Of a stretch of DNA of 39,407 nucleotides, positions 28,064-39,407 are shown piece after piece. The position numbers were made by a program, and so were the translations under genes. Every line of letters begins with the position of its first letter. Position 1 is the first letter of the stretch. Under the pieces are notes generated by a model that was not told the origin of the DNA, did not search any database, and saw nothing but the letters and a program-made list of their open reading frames with translations. The DNA lies in assembly GCF_016903815.1 (NCBI RefSeq), contig NZ_CP069970.1; one strand, given 5' to 3'. Origin of the DNA: Escherichia coli (GTDB lineage Bacteria; Pseudomonadota; Gammaproteobacteria; Enterobacterales; Enterobacteriaceae).

Positions 28064-31000
28064 TTATGCGTATTGTTGGATGACGGCCAGAACGTCCGCC
28101 ACGTTGTGTTTTGTCTCGATAATCCACCAGTTACCCGGGAAATCGCTGTTCTTCGCCTTCGCTGGCAGCCAGCGAGCGCCGAATTTCGCCTTGATTGCGT
28201 CTTTCGCACGGAAAAGAACGCCTTTCATGCCTGAGGCTTCCTGAAGCCCAAATACCTCGCCAGCGGCGAATTTTGGTGCGTACATCATCTTCAGGTCGGC
28301 GGTGGATACGCGATAATTCAGACCAAGAGACTGAGCTATGCTGGTGGCATCACCCTGTATTGATGATAACTCTTCTTGTTTCTCGTTTCTGGCGGCAATT
28401 TCTTCCTCCGTGATGTTGCCAAGGGCCAGGTTTATCCGATCAGCGTCGGCCTGTTTCTCTTCATCGGTGCGTCCGGCAAGAACCGTGTTAACTCTCTGCA
28501 ATATCTCCACATGATTCTTGCGCATGCTGAGCAATTCCGGCGTAACCTCGTTAAGATCCACCAGCCCAAGGATGGCAAGGTCGGAAAACATTGATACCAG
28601 GTTGTAGGTCATGCGATAGCTGAGTTGACCATAGGCTGATGGCAACTTCACCGCATCCATTTGATAGGCATCCATAAATTTAGAGCCGTCGTTTACGACA
28701 TCCGCAATTGCCGGTGTGATTTTTCCTGTGGTGGCGGCCTCCCTGATTGCTGTTACCCACGATTGAGTCAGCGCGGCGACTGCATGATTCAGATTGGCTT
28801 TCCGTTCTGCTGCAATGCGCGCACTTGCTGCGTCCATTGCCTGCTTGATCTCGTCTTTATTGCTGTAAATGCCAATGGTGCCAAACTGTGCTGTGGTGAT
28901 CTCATAATCTGACGCCCGGAACTCATGGGTACCGAAAATGGCATTGGTGACCTCAAGTTCAGAATCCCCGTTACGAGTAGCCCCCTGGCTTGTTTTCTCC
29001 GGCATTTTTGCGATCGCATCCGCTATTTTCTCCTGAATTGCTTCAGGGGATAGCGTATCTCCGTATGACGCGATTACATCGCCATAATTGGAGCCAAACA
29101 ATTCAACCAGGAATGTTTCTGCCGAACGGATCTGGCGGTTATTCCCTTCCGACATCATACCAAGCACCCATTTTGCAATTGACGACTTCAGCGCGCCGTC
29201 ACGGCGATCCGGGTAAACCGCATGCTTCAGTGGGTCCGTATAGGTGCCAACAAAATCAATGCTATAGCCTGACTCTGTAGTCTGAACGCCGTATGAGTCA
29301 GTGATTTTGATCATGCCGCGCTGCTGGAAACGGTAGAAATCGTCACAGGAAATGATGTCGTTAATCCCGGCGATGGAGACGCCACCACTGATTTTCTGCA
29401 TAACAGCATCTTCATCGGGAGTTACATCCACCTGTTTATCCAGCGTCTTCACATCCCAGTTACCCGATTTGGTGCCTTTGAAGGTAAAGATGATCTCCAC
29501 GTCTGCGCGCTGGCTGTCGAAGTCCAGCGACTTAATGCGAACGATATCACCGGCACAATCATAGTATTGGCCTACACGCCATGAGCGATCGCCGATAACA
29601 AGGAACTCATTCGCATGGTTAACCAGATCAGGATCAACATCCAGAATGCCTTTATTTATTGCATCCTCCACCAGCGGGCGCAGGCGTTTGATATCCGTCG
29701 CGGCCTTCTGAGTACGGTTCAATAATTTCTCATAGCGGGAGATGGCCTGAGAGATATTAGCCTTGCGCTGAATGGCGCTTTTCAACGACGCGCGATACTG
29801 TGCTAACAACATACGGTCTGTGTGATGGACGCTACCCCAGCGGGCTTTCCAGTCTGCGTTATCAGCTGCTTTGGCCATTACCGCCTGTTTGAATTTGGCG
29901 ACGTCGGCGGTGGTCTTTTCAAGTTCCGCTTTGCTTCGCTCCAATTCAGCGGTAAGTACCTCCACATCCTCACCAGCTGCGTGCTGCGCCTTGATGTAGT
30001 TCTGAAGGTCGATAGTAGCCTGTTCTTTCTGGCGAGCGCGTTTCGCAGCTTTCGCCTTATCCATTTGAACCTGCATCATTACCAGACGTTCGCCATCATC
30101 CTTAGCGGTATACATCTGCATTTCGATCATATCGTTGGCGTCGGCGTTCTCCATTTCTGACTTATCTGAACGGAGGATATCGGAGATCCAGCCTGCTTTA
30201 CGCTTCAGCGTCTTCAGTCGGTATTCATCGAAAGAACCCTTGCCGCAGTAGTAATGAACGCGAACGCTTGCACGGTTGGAGCCAACTCGAGCACCGCGAC
30301 CGTTACGCTGTGCGATACTGGCTGGTGTCCATGGCAACGTCAGATGATGGATGTCAGTCGTTCCTCGATGCAGGTTGATACCCACCTCTGCCTTTTTGTT
30401 GCAGATGATGATCGGAGTCCGGCCCTCCTGGAAGTCGGCTGCAATCTTTTCCAGACCGCCCAACGACATTTCATTTTGCTGCGCGATATAGGCGTCATAC
30501 AGAGCCATTTGCTCGTTGTATTTCGCTATCTGTGCATCTGTTGGTTCATCCGGTAACTCTTTCGGCGGTTTAACCGCTTTCAGTTTCTTACCGGTTTTAC
30601 CTGCCTCGGCAACCGTCTGAGCATTCAGGATCCCCACCTTTGAAGGTTCAAGGTTAAGAGCATTGCAGATAATGCGCTTGAGCTTCTGGTGCTGCGTTTT
30701 TTCGTCCGTGAAGATGATTTGCTTACCTTCCGGGAAAAACGCCTTCAGCGTGGCGATCAGCTTCGCGTATTTGGGTGTAACGGGGTGAGTTACGGTCTGT
30801 TCGTCAATGCCAAACTTGGCCAGGCGATTATTCACTTCCTGCTCAAATGCTTCCGGTACCTGCAACTGAATAAACTCGCCCTTATCTATCAGGGAGTATT
30901 GCGATTGCTGCGTGATCGAATCATCACTGTCGTCGTCTTCGCTGGTGGCTTGTTTAGGCAAACTGTCCGCCAGCTGCTGCACCGCATCGGCGTACTCCGG

Positions 31001-34000
31001 CAGGAAACGATAGGTGATCCTGCGATAGTACAGGTCCATGTCAGTACATACGCGGTCCATATCCCTGATTATTGAGAAGATCGGACGGGCTTTCTCGTGC
31101 TCAATCACGCCGTCTTCATTGACCGAGGTCGTTACGCCATTGTTGGCTTTGGCTGCCGCTTCCGCCTGCTGACGCAATTCTTCATACGCCGCCAGTTGTT
31201 CTTCCGTAAGTGGTGCATCCTGCTGGTGTTCGTCCAGTTCCGGGATCTCCACGGTATCCTTAACGTCTTCCGCCGTTTTAAGCGTTGTCCAGCGATGGAA
31301 TATGCCGCGCAGCGCATCAAGGTTTTCAAAGCCCACCAGCGCCATTTTTTCTTCAACTTCACCGCTGATTTTCTGTACCGTTTCCAGCCTGGTCTTGCCG
31401 AAGAATTTAACGAAGTCATCAGGACCGTAGATCCCCATCTTCTGCCAGTATTCCTTCGGCAGCACATGAGAAAGCATGTTGTATGCATCGATCGGGGTGT
31501 TAACGACTGGCGTTGCAGTCAGGAGAACCGGTCCGCGCCCACCATTCTTTTTCATCAGGTACGCGTTTTTAATTGCCATATCCCGCGCCGATTGCGCCAC
31601 CGCGCTGGTGGGCAGATAGGCCAGTTGTGACGCTTCGCGACCATTTTTATAGCTATTGCGGTAGTTGTGACCTTCGTCAGCGATCACACTATCGAAGCCC
31701 ATATCCTCAAAGTACGGATACTTCTCTGCTTTTTCGGTGCCGGTATCTGAATACTCCGACAATACCCGGCGACGCGCGGCCTCTTTGCGGTGGGAGTCGG
31801 AGTCCATTGCGCTGGCTACGCGCCCGGCGGCAACGAAGTCATAAAGCATATCCTGTGCATGCTCATCTACGGTGTCATCACGTAGCGGAATGCGGGCGTA
31901 TTGTTCTTTGGTAAACACGACTGCACGGTAATTTGAGTGCGGGATCGCGTTCATCCGCGCCGTGATAGTGGCTTCATCTGCCAGTTTTAGGGCATCGCGC
32001 ATAACTGGAGTGCCATCAGTACCAAGAACAGGTTTACCGTTCTCATCGAGCACCGGCACCTGGCGAATCTGATCGCCATCCATCAGCACATCAAGACCGA
32101 CGAACAGGTAGTTACTGAATGCCTCTTCACTCAGGAATTCTTTTGCTTCGTAATACCAGTTTTCCAGCACTGATTTAGGCACTACATACGCAGTACGGGT
32201 GGAGCGACCGTTCTCATAGTTGAACGCCTCAAGCGCCAGCGCGGTCGTAGTTTTACCCAGCCCGGTGCCGAAGCCCAGGATGCCGCGCCCATCTTCGGAC
32301 AGTCGGCGCACTTCGCTATTCTGGTAATCAAATGGCTGGCGCTTACCGCTTAATCCCTTCAACCCAAGCGGATCGCCAGAGTGTTCATACGGGATATTGC
32401 TATTGAACACATCGTTGTATTTGGCAACCAGTTCATCGTAGCGATCGTGCGTCTTGATCCACTTATTGAACTGGTCCTCAAGCAGTGCCATCTGCTCGCG
32501 GTAGCCGTTCGCCGTCGCGCTATCTTTGCCACCGATACGCGCACCATTGAGATACTTTTCCAGCTGTGCCGGGAACCCGGTCGCGTTTTCACCTGATTTA
32601 CGGTCCCACTCGTAGCGGATCTCGCCTGTTTCTTTATCCTTGCGCTGGACGACACCGTATCGGTGCCCGACGAACAGGCCATCACCACCGTGATAGGTGT
32701 CAGAAACCATTTCGTCGCCTTCCAGCTGCACTGACTGCACATAGCGCAGATCCGGATAGCCGTTTTCCTGCAAAAACTCCAGAATGACGGAGCGGTCGAA
32801 CCAACGGCTATTGAGCTTAAAGCGGATATTCTCTGCTGGCGTCTTGATGCGCTTCTCTTCGATCGCTGCCAGCTGATTAAGGACGTTGTTCTTTACTGGA
32901 CCGTCGGGGAGTGTGGCAAGGAATTCCTGTTTTGGAGCCACTATCTCGTTAATGTCGCCGCTGGTGGCGCGGGCGAACGGAACAATCCCGCCATACGGAG
33001 AAACCGCAATACCAGGAGTGCTGGCCAATAAATTAAGCAACTCTTCATCACTGGCTGGCAGTTCGCCGGTAAACGCAAGGCGGAAATCATCGAGCTGGAT
33101 TGGATCGCGGGTAAGATCGCTATAGAGATAACGCAGGGTGTCCTGATAGCTGGTGGAGTCATAACTGGCGCTGGAATCATGCGTAACCAGCTTTCCTGTT
33201 AGCTCGTCAGAAATAGTGCCATCCAGCTTAATTGCACCACGGAAAGCAAACCAGGCGCGCGCACCGCTTCCCGATAATTTAGCTATCGGACCGCGACCGG
33301 GGTTACCAAAACGGTCAATCTCTGCCTGCAAACGGGACACCAGAGAAAGGCGCTGCTGTTCGATTTGTTCAGCACTATGCCCGGCGGCCTTCATATCCTG
33401 ATATTCAATTAACATCCGGCCAATCATCGCCCCACGATACAAGCGTTCACGGTATTTTTCAGGCTGGCTGTTAATCCAGTCCACCAGCTGCACCATATCG
33501 TCGCTGATTGATGTGGTGTACTTATCGCGGACATTTGCCATCTGGGTAAATGTCATACCGAGACGGCCTTCTGTTGTAGTCAGGTTACGCTGAAGAGCCT
33601 CCCAGCTATCCGCGCCATAACTGGCAGCATCAATCTTAAGCTCCTTACCAGCATCAGCTTCAATCCAGCGACCACCAGCATATTTTTGCCATACGCCATT
33701 AATCAGGCGCATTTCCCCTTCATCAACAACATCTGCGGTCGGTGACGGTTCAGCCATATCGAGCAAAGACCAGTCGATACGACTTTCGAAACGATGAATC
33801 AGCTTCGCTTTAAGAGCCTGGTTATCAATCTGACCGTCGGCACGAACCTCAATACGCCCCTGGAAGCCCTTTTCCTGGGTGCCATGAACAAACCGGCGGC
33901 CATCCTTTTCAAACCACTTGCCAGAAATAAACGTTGGCCAAAGCACATTTGCCGATTCAAGAGTGCTTTCATCCACCAGGGGGATTTTCTCAGCCATCTC

Positions 34001-34831
34001 TGCCGGATGTTTGCGCATCAGCACCACATCAACGACTGTACTGGTCCCGTTTGCGTCAAAAGTACCGGTAGGCAAGCGGTGAGCGCCAAGAAATTCAGCT
34101 TTACGGGATAAGCGCAGGCGTAACCGCTTCATGTTTGAACCTGAAACAATGGACGGCGGCACAATCACGCACATGAATCCGCCTGGCTTTATCTTGTCCA
34201 GCATGCGGAGCATGAAGTAAGAACCCATGTCCGTTTCTTCTGCGTAAGGCTTATCGATGTTGCGTGTGTTATCACGACCGCCGAACGGAACGTTACCCAC
34301 AACATGGTCGAATGAATCGTTAGGCGTGCTTATAGCCAGCTGTTCGAACGGGGAAATCTGTACGCTGTCTTCCGGGTGTAACAACTGGTTTATACGACCG
34401 GAAACACTGCTGATCTCAGTCGCGGTCATCACCGTACCAACCGGTTTTGTCTCATTAAAAACGCCGGTTCCCGCCGATGGTTCCAGAGTGTTACCTACGT
34501 CCGCGCCGTAGAGCTTCATGATCTCCCAGACACCTTCAGCGATCGGCTTTGGTGTGTAATATTCGGAGACGGACCCGCCAATGCCGCCTTCACCGGTGTA
34601 CCCAGCCAGGATCTGGCGCTGTTCATCTGTCAGTGTCGCGCCGTCCACCAGCGAATTAAGCAAATCTATCGCCTTCTGATTCGCCTCCCGGCGCAGTCGG
34701 TCATAGCTTTTGCCTTCCACCTTTTCCACGCCGTATTTAATCGGCGCTCGGTGAGATGTTATTGCCCTAATGTATTTCAATATTTCGCTGACACTTGAAC
34801 AGCGAAACACCCCCATAAATAGCTTGTTCAT
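28064..34831 (-). CDS. darB: DarB, defence against restriction (methyltransferase-helicase, virion-packaged)
   Basis: 2255 aa, the same length as P1 DarB; N-terminal methyltransferase-like region and central DExH helicase motifs. Confidence 0.9.
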   Translation of the reverse strand: MNKLFMGVFRCSSVSEILKYIRAITSHRAPIKYGVEKVEGKSYDRLRREANQKAIDLLNSLVDGATLTDEQRQILAGYTGEGGIGGSVSEYYTPKPIAEGVWEIMKLYGADVGNTLEPSAGTGVFNETKPVGTVMTATEISSVSGRINQLLHPEDSVQISPFEQLAISTPNDSFDHVVGNVPFGGRDNTRNIDKPYAEETDMGSYFMLRMLDKIKPGGFMCVIVPPSIVSGSNMKRLRLRLSRKAEFLGAHRLPTGTFDANGTSTVVDVVLMRKHPAEMAEKIPLVDESTLESANVLWPTFISGKWFEKDGRRFVHGTQEKGFQGRIEVRADGQIDNQALKAKLIHRFESRIDWSLLDMAEPSPTADVVDEGEMRLINGVWQKYAGGRWIEADAGKELKIDAASYGADSWEALQRNLTTTEGRLGMTFTQMANVRDKYTTSISDDMVQLVDWINSQPEKYRERLYRGAMIGRMLIEYQDMKAAGHSAEQIEQQRLSLVSRLQAEIDRFGNPGRGPIAKLSGSGARAWFAFRGAIKLDGTISDELTGKLVTHDSSASYDSTSYQDTLRYLYSDLTRDPIQLDDFRLAFTGELPASDEELLNLLASTPGIAVSPYGGIVPFARATSGDINEIVAPKQEFLATLPDGPVKNNVLNQLAAIEEKRIKTPAENIRFKLNSRWFDRSVILEFLQENGYPDLRYVQSVQLEGDEMVSDTYHGGDGLFVGHRYGVVQRKDKETGEIRYEWDRKSGENATGFPAQLEKYLNGARIGGKDSATANGYREQMALLEDQFNKWIKTHDRYDELVAKYNDVFNSNIPYEHSGDPLGLKGLSGKRQPFDYQNSEVRRLSEDGRGILGFGTGLGKTTTALALEAFNYENGRSTRTAYVVPKSVLENWYYEAKEFLSEEAFSNYLFVGLDVLMDGDQIRQVPVLDENGKPVLGTDGTPVMRDALKLADEATITARMNAIPHSNYRAVVFTKEQYARIPLRDDTVDEHAQDMLYDFVAAGRVASAMDSDSHRKEAARRRVLSEYSDTGTEKAEKYPYFEDMGFDSVIADEGHNYRNSYKNGREASQLAYLPTSAVAQSARDMAIKNAYLMKKNGGRGPVLLTATPVVNTPIDAYNMLSHVLPKEYWQKMGIYGPDDFVKFFGKTRLETVQKISGEVEEKMALVGFENLDALRGIFHRWTTLKTAEDVKDTVEIPELDEHQQDAPLTEEQLAAYEELRQQAEAAAKANNGVTTSVNEDGVIEHEKARPIFSIIRDMDRVCTDMDLYYRRITYRFLPEYADAVQQLADSLPKQATSEDDDSDDSITQQSQYSLIDKGEFIQLQVPEAFEQEVNNRLAKFGIDEQTVTHPVTPKYAKLIATLKAFFPEGKQIIFTDEKTQHQKLKRIICNALNLEPSKVGILNAQTVAEAGKTGKKLKAVKPPKELPDEPTDAQIAKYNEQMALYDAYIAQQNEMSLGGLEKIAADFQEGRTPIIICNKKAEVGINLHRGTTDIHHLTLPWTPASIAQRNGRGARVGSNRASVRVHYYCGKGSFDEYRLKTLKRKAGWISDILRSDKSEMENADANDMIEMQMYTAKDDGERLVMMQVQMDKAKAAKRARQKEQATIDLQNYIKAQHAAGEDVEVLTAELERSKAELEKTTADVAKFKQAVMAKAADNADWKARWGSVHHTDRMLLAQYRASLKSAIQRKANISQAISRYEKLLNRTQKAATDIKRLRPLVEDAINKGILDVDPDLVNHANEFLVIGDRSWRVGQYYDCAGDIVRIKSLDFDSQRADVEIIFTFKGTKSGNWDVKTLDKQVDVTPDEDAVMQKISGGVSIAGINDIISCDDFYRFQQRGMIKITDSYGVQTTESGYSIDFVGTYTDPLKHAVYPDRRDGALKSSIAKWVLGMMSEGNNRQIRSAETFLVELFGSNYGDVIASYGDTLSPEAIQEKIADAIAKMPEKTSQGATRNGDSELEVTNAIFGTHEFRASDYEITTAQFGTIGIYSNKDEIKQAMDAASARIAAERKANLNHAVAALTQSWVTAIREAATTGKITPAIADVVNDGSKFMDAYQMDAVKLPSAYGQLSYRMTYNLVSMFSDLAILGLVDLNEVTPELLSMRKNHVEILQRVNTVLAGRTDEEKQADADRINLALGNITEEEIAARNEKQEELSSIQGDATSIAQSLGLNYRVSTADLKMMYAPKFAAGEVFGLQEASGMKGVLFRAKDAIKAKFGARWLPAKAKNSDFPGNWWIIETKHNVADVLAVIQQYA

Positions 34832-34897
34832 TGGTAATCCTTAACAAGTGACTAGTGTTAAATTCCGTTCAAACACGATGCGAATTATTCTAATTAA

Positions 34898-36628
<1,731 letters not shown>

Positions 36629-37903
36629 ACGGCAAACATTCCCAATTCACAGAGTCCGACCTAAACCACATGAAGCGGCTTAGGAATTACAGACTCTCCA
36701 AGGGCTAACACTGCCAGCCCGGCAGCTTTTATATTACGGGCCGCGTTAATATCACGATCATGCTCTGCGCCACATTCCGGGCAGTGCCATTTACGAATAT
36801 TAAGAGGCATTTTTTGCATGGTGAAGCCGCAACTGCTGCAACGTTTGGAAGAAGGGAAATACTGGTCGATAGCGACAATGCTACGTCCACCCCATTCTCC
36901 TTTGTACTGGAGTTGGCGTACAAGTTCGCTCCAGCCTGCGTCAGCTATTGCTTTAGACAGCTTCGGGTTACGGATCATGTTTTTCACTTTAAGGGATTCG
37001 ACGCAAACAACTTGGTTTTCGTTAATCAGTTTGCGGGACAACTTATGCAGGTTATCCATCCGACAATCGACTATTCTCGCGTGGAGGCGGGCAACCTTTA
37101 AACGTGCTTTGGCGCGGTTCTTTGAGCCTTTTTGTTTCTTGCTCAATCTGCGCTGTAACACTGCTAATCGCTTCGCGTATTTAGCGTTGTGTCGAGGATT
37201 GCCAGTTTTAAAACCGGTATCGGTGACGAACAAATCTTTTAAACCAATATCAATGCCGACCGTGGAAACGGTGATCGGCAGTGATACAGGCTCAAACTCG
37301 CAGAGACAGGATACAAAATATCGTCCGGCAGCATCCCTGGTGATAGTGACAGTGGATGGAGCAGACGGCAACGGACGGCTCCAGCGAACATCTAACGGCT
37401 CTTTGCTCTTTGCCATGTACAGCTTGCCGTCACGGTATTTAAATGCGCTGGCAGTTAGTTCTGCGGCCTGTTTATGCCGCTTGCTCTTAAAAACTGGGTA
37501 TGCAGCACGCCCGGCGAAAAAGTTAGCAAAAGCCGTTTGTTGGTGGCGCAGAGACTGCTGGAGGGGGACGCAGGAAACGTCATTCAGCCAAGCGAATTCT
37601 GGTTCTTTTTTCAGTGCCGTTAATTTGGCGCTGGCTTGTGCATAGCCGACCCTCTCATGGCGTGCGTAGTACGCATCGGTGCGCCAGCGAAGGAGGCTGT
37701 TATAGACAAAACGCACACACCCAAAAGTCCGGGCTAATAGCTCGGTTTGTTCGGGAGTTGGATAGAATCGATATTTATAGGCACGCTTCATGTTCTATAT
37801 AATACATTGAAACTAATGAGTATATAAATGAATACACGGACGAAAATGTTATCAAAGCCAATATACCAACAGACATTAGGTAAGGTAGCTGGAGGGCAAT
37901 ATA
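36629..37903 (-). mobile_element. IS200/IS605-family element carrying only tnpB (IS1341-type), boundaries approximate
   Basis: tnpB fills the whole prt-pro intergenic interval; no tnpA present; exact ends not determined. Confidence 0.5.
36661..37791 (-). CDS. tnpB: TnpB (OrfB) RuvC-like RNA-guided nuclease
   Basis: 376 aa. RuvC-I GIDIGLKD, Glu in VVCVESLK, zinc finger CSSCG...CPECG, RuvC-III HDRDINAARNI. Confidence 0.85.
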   Translation of the reverse strand: MKRAYKYRFYPTPEQTELLARTFGCVRFVYNSLLRWRTDAYYARHERVGYAQASAKLTALKKEPEFAWLNDVSCVPLQQSLRHQQTAFANFFAGRAAYPVFKSKRHKQAAELTASAFKYRDGKLYMAKSKEPLDVRWSRPLPSAPSTVTITRDAAGRYFVSCLCEFEPVSLPITVSTVGIDIGLKDLFVTDTGFKTGNPRHNAKYAKRLAVLQRRLSKKQKGSKNRAKARLKVARLHARIVDCRMDNLHKLSRKLINENQVVCVESLKVKNMIRNPKLSKAIADAGWSELVRQLQYKGEWGGRSIVAIDQYFPSSKRCSSCGFTMQKMPLNIRKWHCPECGAEHDRDINAARNIKAAGLAVLALGESVIPKPLHVV

Positions 37904-38923
37904 ATGACTGATGTTTTGAAAACGGTCACTGACCGCTTTTGTCTCTATAGCAATGCTCGAAAAGGTCGCCAGAACGGGCGACAGTATGTATTAAGCGCGG
38001 TTAAGACCATGCTTGAAAGCAAGGAAACTCAGGAAGGTTTACGCCTTGGAGAGCTTTTCGGCTATTACGGTCACGGTCGCCGACAGCTGACCGGCAAACT
38101 GGAAGTACCAGAAACCAGCGTAATCATGGTGGAAGGTCGCCCGGTCGTAATCGACAATGTTCCAGCGTGCCGCACAGTGGCTATATCCGTTGACGACAAC
38201 GGCATCGTTACCCATACACAGGAAATTCTTAACACAGAGCCGGGTAAAATTGTCGCCGCGATGATCGAAAGCCGAGCTGGTGGCTGGAGCTGGGCCACTG
38301 GCGGGCGTGAGTCCGGGAAAATCGCTGTAACCACCAGCTTCCATGGTGTGGATTATGTGACAACGCCGAACTATATCAGTCTGGATCATCCTGCCAGCGC
38401 CGGAATGTTTGAAAGCGCGGATTCTAAATCTTTACTGGCAGAGTCCCTGGCGGCGCATGGGTACTCCGACGAGTCAGTGCAGGCCGTTATATCCCATTAC
38501 GGCAAAATGGCTGAACTGGAAATGATGGTGGAGGCGACAGAGCGTACGGCAGAACTGGAAACTGCACTACTCGAAAGCCAGGGCCGCCACCTCGAAGCAA
38601 TGGCCAAGATCGCAGATGCTGAAGCGCGAATCGCTTTGCTGGAGGAAACAGCGGGTATCCGCGACGATGTGCTGGCAGCAATGCAAGACGAACTGGATAA
38701 CCTCCCGATCTTCGTCTCCGCCGCCCAAAAAGACGCATTCCGCCTCAAAGAACCTGGTGATGCAAAAATCGTTGCCACACTTTTCGAATCTCTGATCAAA
38801 GTTGGCGCACGCAACTTGCCTGTCACCAAGAAAATTAAGGAGGTTCCGCAAGCGGCTAACGTCCAGGCACCGCGTGAGACAAGCATCATCACGTTTAATA
38901 ATTCAATCAATCCGTTTAAATAA
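37904..38923 (+). CDS. pro: head processing protease Pro
   Basis: 339-aa ORF with SD GGAGGG; N-terminal protease-like region and C-terminal coiled-coil (scaffold-like); position after prt as in P1. Confidence 0.65.
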   Translation: MTDVLKTVTDRFCLYSNARKGRQNGRQYVLSAVKTMLESKETQEGLRLGELFGYYGHGRRQLTGKLEVPETSVIMVEGRPVVIDNVPACRTVAISVDDNGIVTHTQEILNTEPGKIVAAMIESRAGGWSWATGGRESGKIAVTTSFHGVDYVTTPNYISLDHPASAGMFESADSKSLLAESLAAHGYSDESVQAVISHYGKMAELEMMVEATERTAELETALLESQGRHLEAMAKIADAEARIALLEETAGIRDDVLAAMQDELDNLPIFVSAAQKDAFRLKEPGDAKIVATLFESLIKVGARNLPVTKKIKEVPQAANVQAPRETSIITFNNSINPFK

Positions 38924-38934
38924 CCACCAAAAAT

Positions 38935-38962
38935 AACCCCGGCAGCTGCCGGGGTTCTCGTT
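38935..38962. terminator. palindrome CCCCGGCAGCTGCCGGGG flanked by A-run and T-rich run, after pro
   Basis: Perfect 18-bp palindrome between the pro stop (38923) and the stop of a convergent minus-strand ORF (38968). Confidence 0.6.
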
Positions 38963-38967
38963 AACTA

Positions 38968-39222
38968 TTATCGCCTTCGTGCCATATATTTGCGCACCGC
39001 GCGGCGTGGACAATCTGAAGCGGTTTCTTTCTGCTGCATCAATCTCGCAGCCATGCTCAAAAATGTCAGGCACAGCCGAAGCCCGGCATACAATAGCGGT
39101 TCCAGTGGCCACGTCTCATTGAGCACATATACCGCCATGAAAATCGAGTCAAAAACTATCGCCGCCAGCGATAACTTCATTGTCGAAAGTCGGCGGAGCT
39201 GCCGGAGTTTATTCATTGACAA
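38968..39222 (-). CDS. small membrane protein with two hydrophobic helices (holin-like)
   Basis: 84 aa with two TM-like segments (LSLAAIVFDSIFMAVYVL; LLYAGLRLCLTFLSMAARL); convergent with pro and separated from it by the terminator. Confidence 0.35.
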   Translation of the reverse strand: MSMNKLRQLRRLSTMKLSLAAIVFDSIFMAVYVLNETWPLEPLLYAGLRLCLTFLSMAARLMQQKETASDCPRRAVRKYMARRR

Positions 39223-39407
39223 GCCCCGTCAGGCAAAGCTGGCGTTCTTTTTCACGGCGAATCTTTAAACCTCGCAGGGGCACGCCGTTACTGTTCACGA
39301 AATCAGGGAGATGGTTACACATATTCACCCATTCCCCTTTCTGCGCCCACTTGTGGATGGACGTTTCTACTCGCATGCCTCGCGCTTTGCTGTAGTAGGT
39401 CCGTAAG

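Noticed and set aside
28195-34511. Many 60-180-aa ORFs on both strands inside the darB interval
   Set aside because: All are embedded in or antisense to the 2255-aa darB frame, which is continuous and matches P1 DarB length; treated as spurious.
36818-37645. 275-aa plus-strand ORF inside the tnpB interval
   Set aside because: Antisense to tnpB, which has the full RuvC and zinc-finger motif set; no motifs of its own.

Overview
This ~39.4 kb window is a segment of a P1-family phage-plasmid carrying several accessory modules. The P1 backbone is recognised from loxP (22603-22636) and cre-cra-ref, c1-coi, phd-doc, pdcA-pdcB, lpa, pacA-pacB with the pac hexamer clusters inside pacA, lxc-ulx-darB, prt and pro, plus C1-operator-like 17-mers (ATTGCTCTAATAAATTT family) upstream of lpa, ref, cra, c1/coi and at the pacB 3' end. 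Accessory content, left to right: (1) an island at 1-7022 with a partial membrane protein, a vapBC toxin-antitoxin pair, a 712-aa zinc-hook ABC ATPase (AAA_13/RloC-like) and a divergently transcribed operon of a SMODS/CD-NTase-like nucleotidyltransferase plus a 4-TM protein; (2) IS1 (7023-7790) without target-site duplication; (3) a type IC hsdM-hsdS-hsdR operon in which hsdR is split by two +1 frameshifts in 5-nt homopolymers and hsdS carries a 3x TAEL 12-bp repeat; (4) a c4-icd-ant antisense-RNA immunity module between pacB and c1; (5) a CapRel-like fused toxSAS gene where P1 carries res-mod; (6) a solo IS200/IS605-family tnpB between prt and pro. The most likely candidates for an uncharacterised system are the NTase + 4-TM pair and the adjacent zinc-hook ATPase; the CapRel-like gene and the c4-icd-ant module belong to described families but sit in notable positions. 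All calls come from reading the sequence and the ORF track; no database search was run. Motif coordinates may be off by 1-2 bp, and statements about canonical P1 gene order are from memory.
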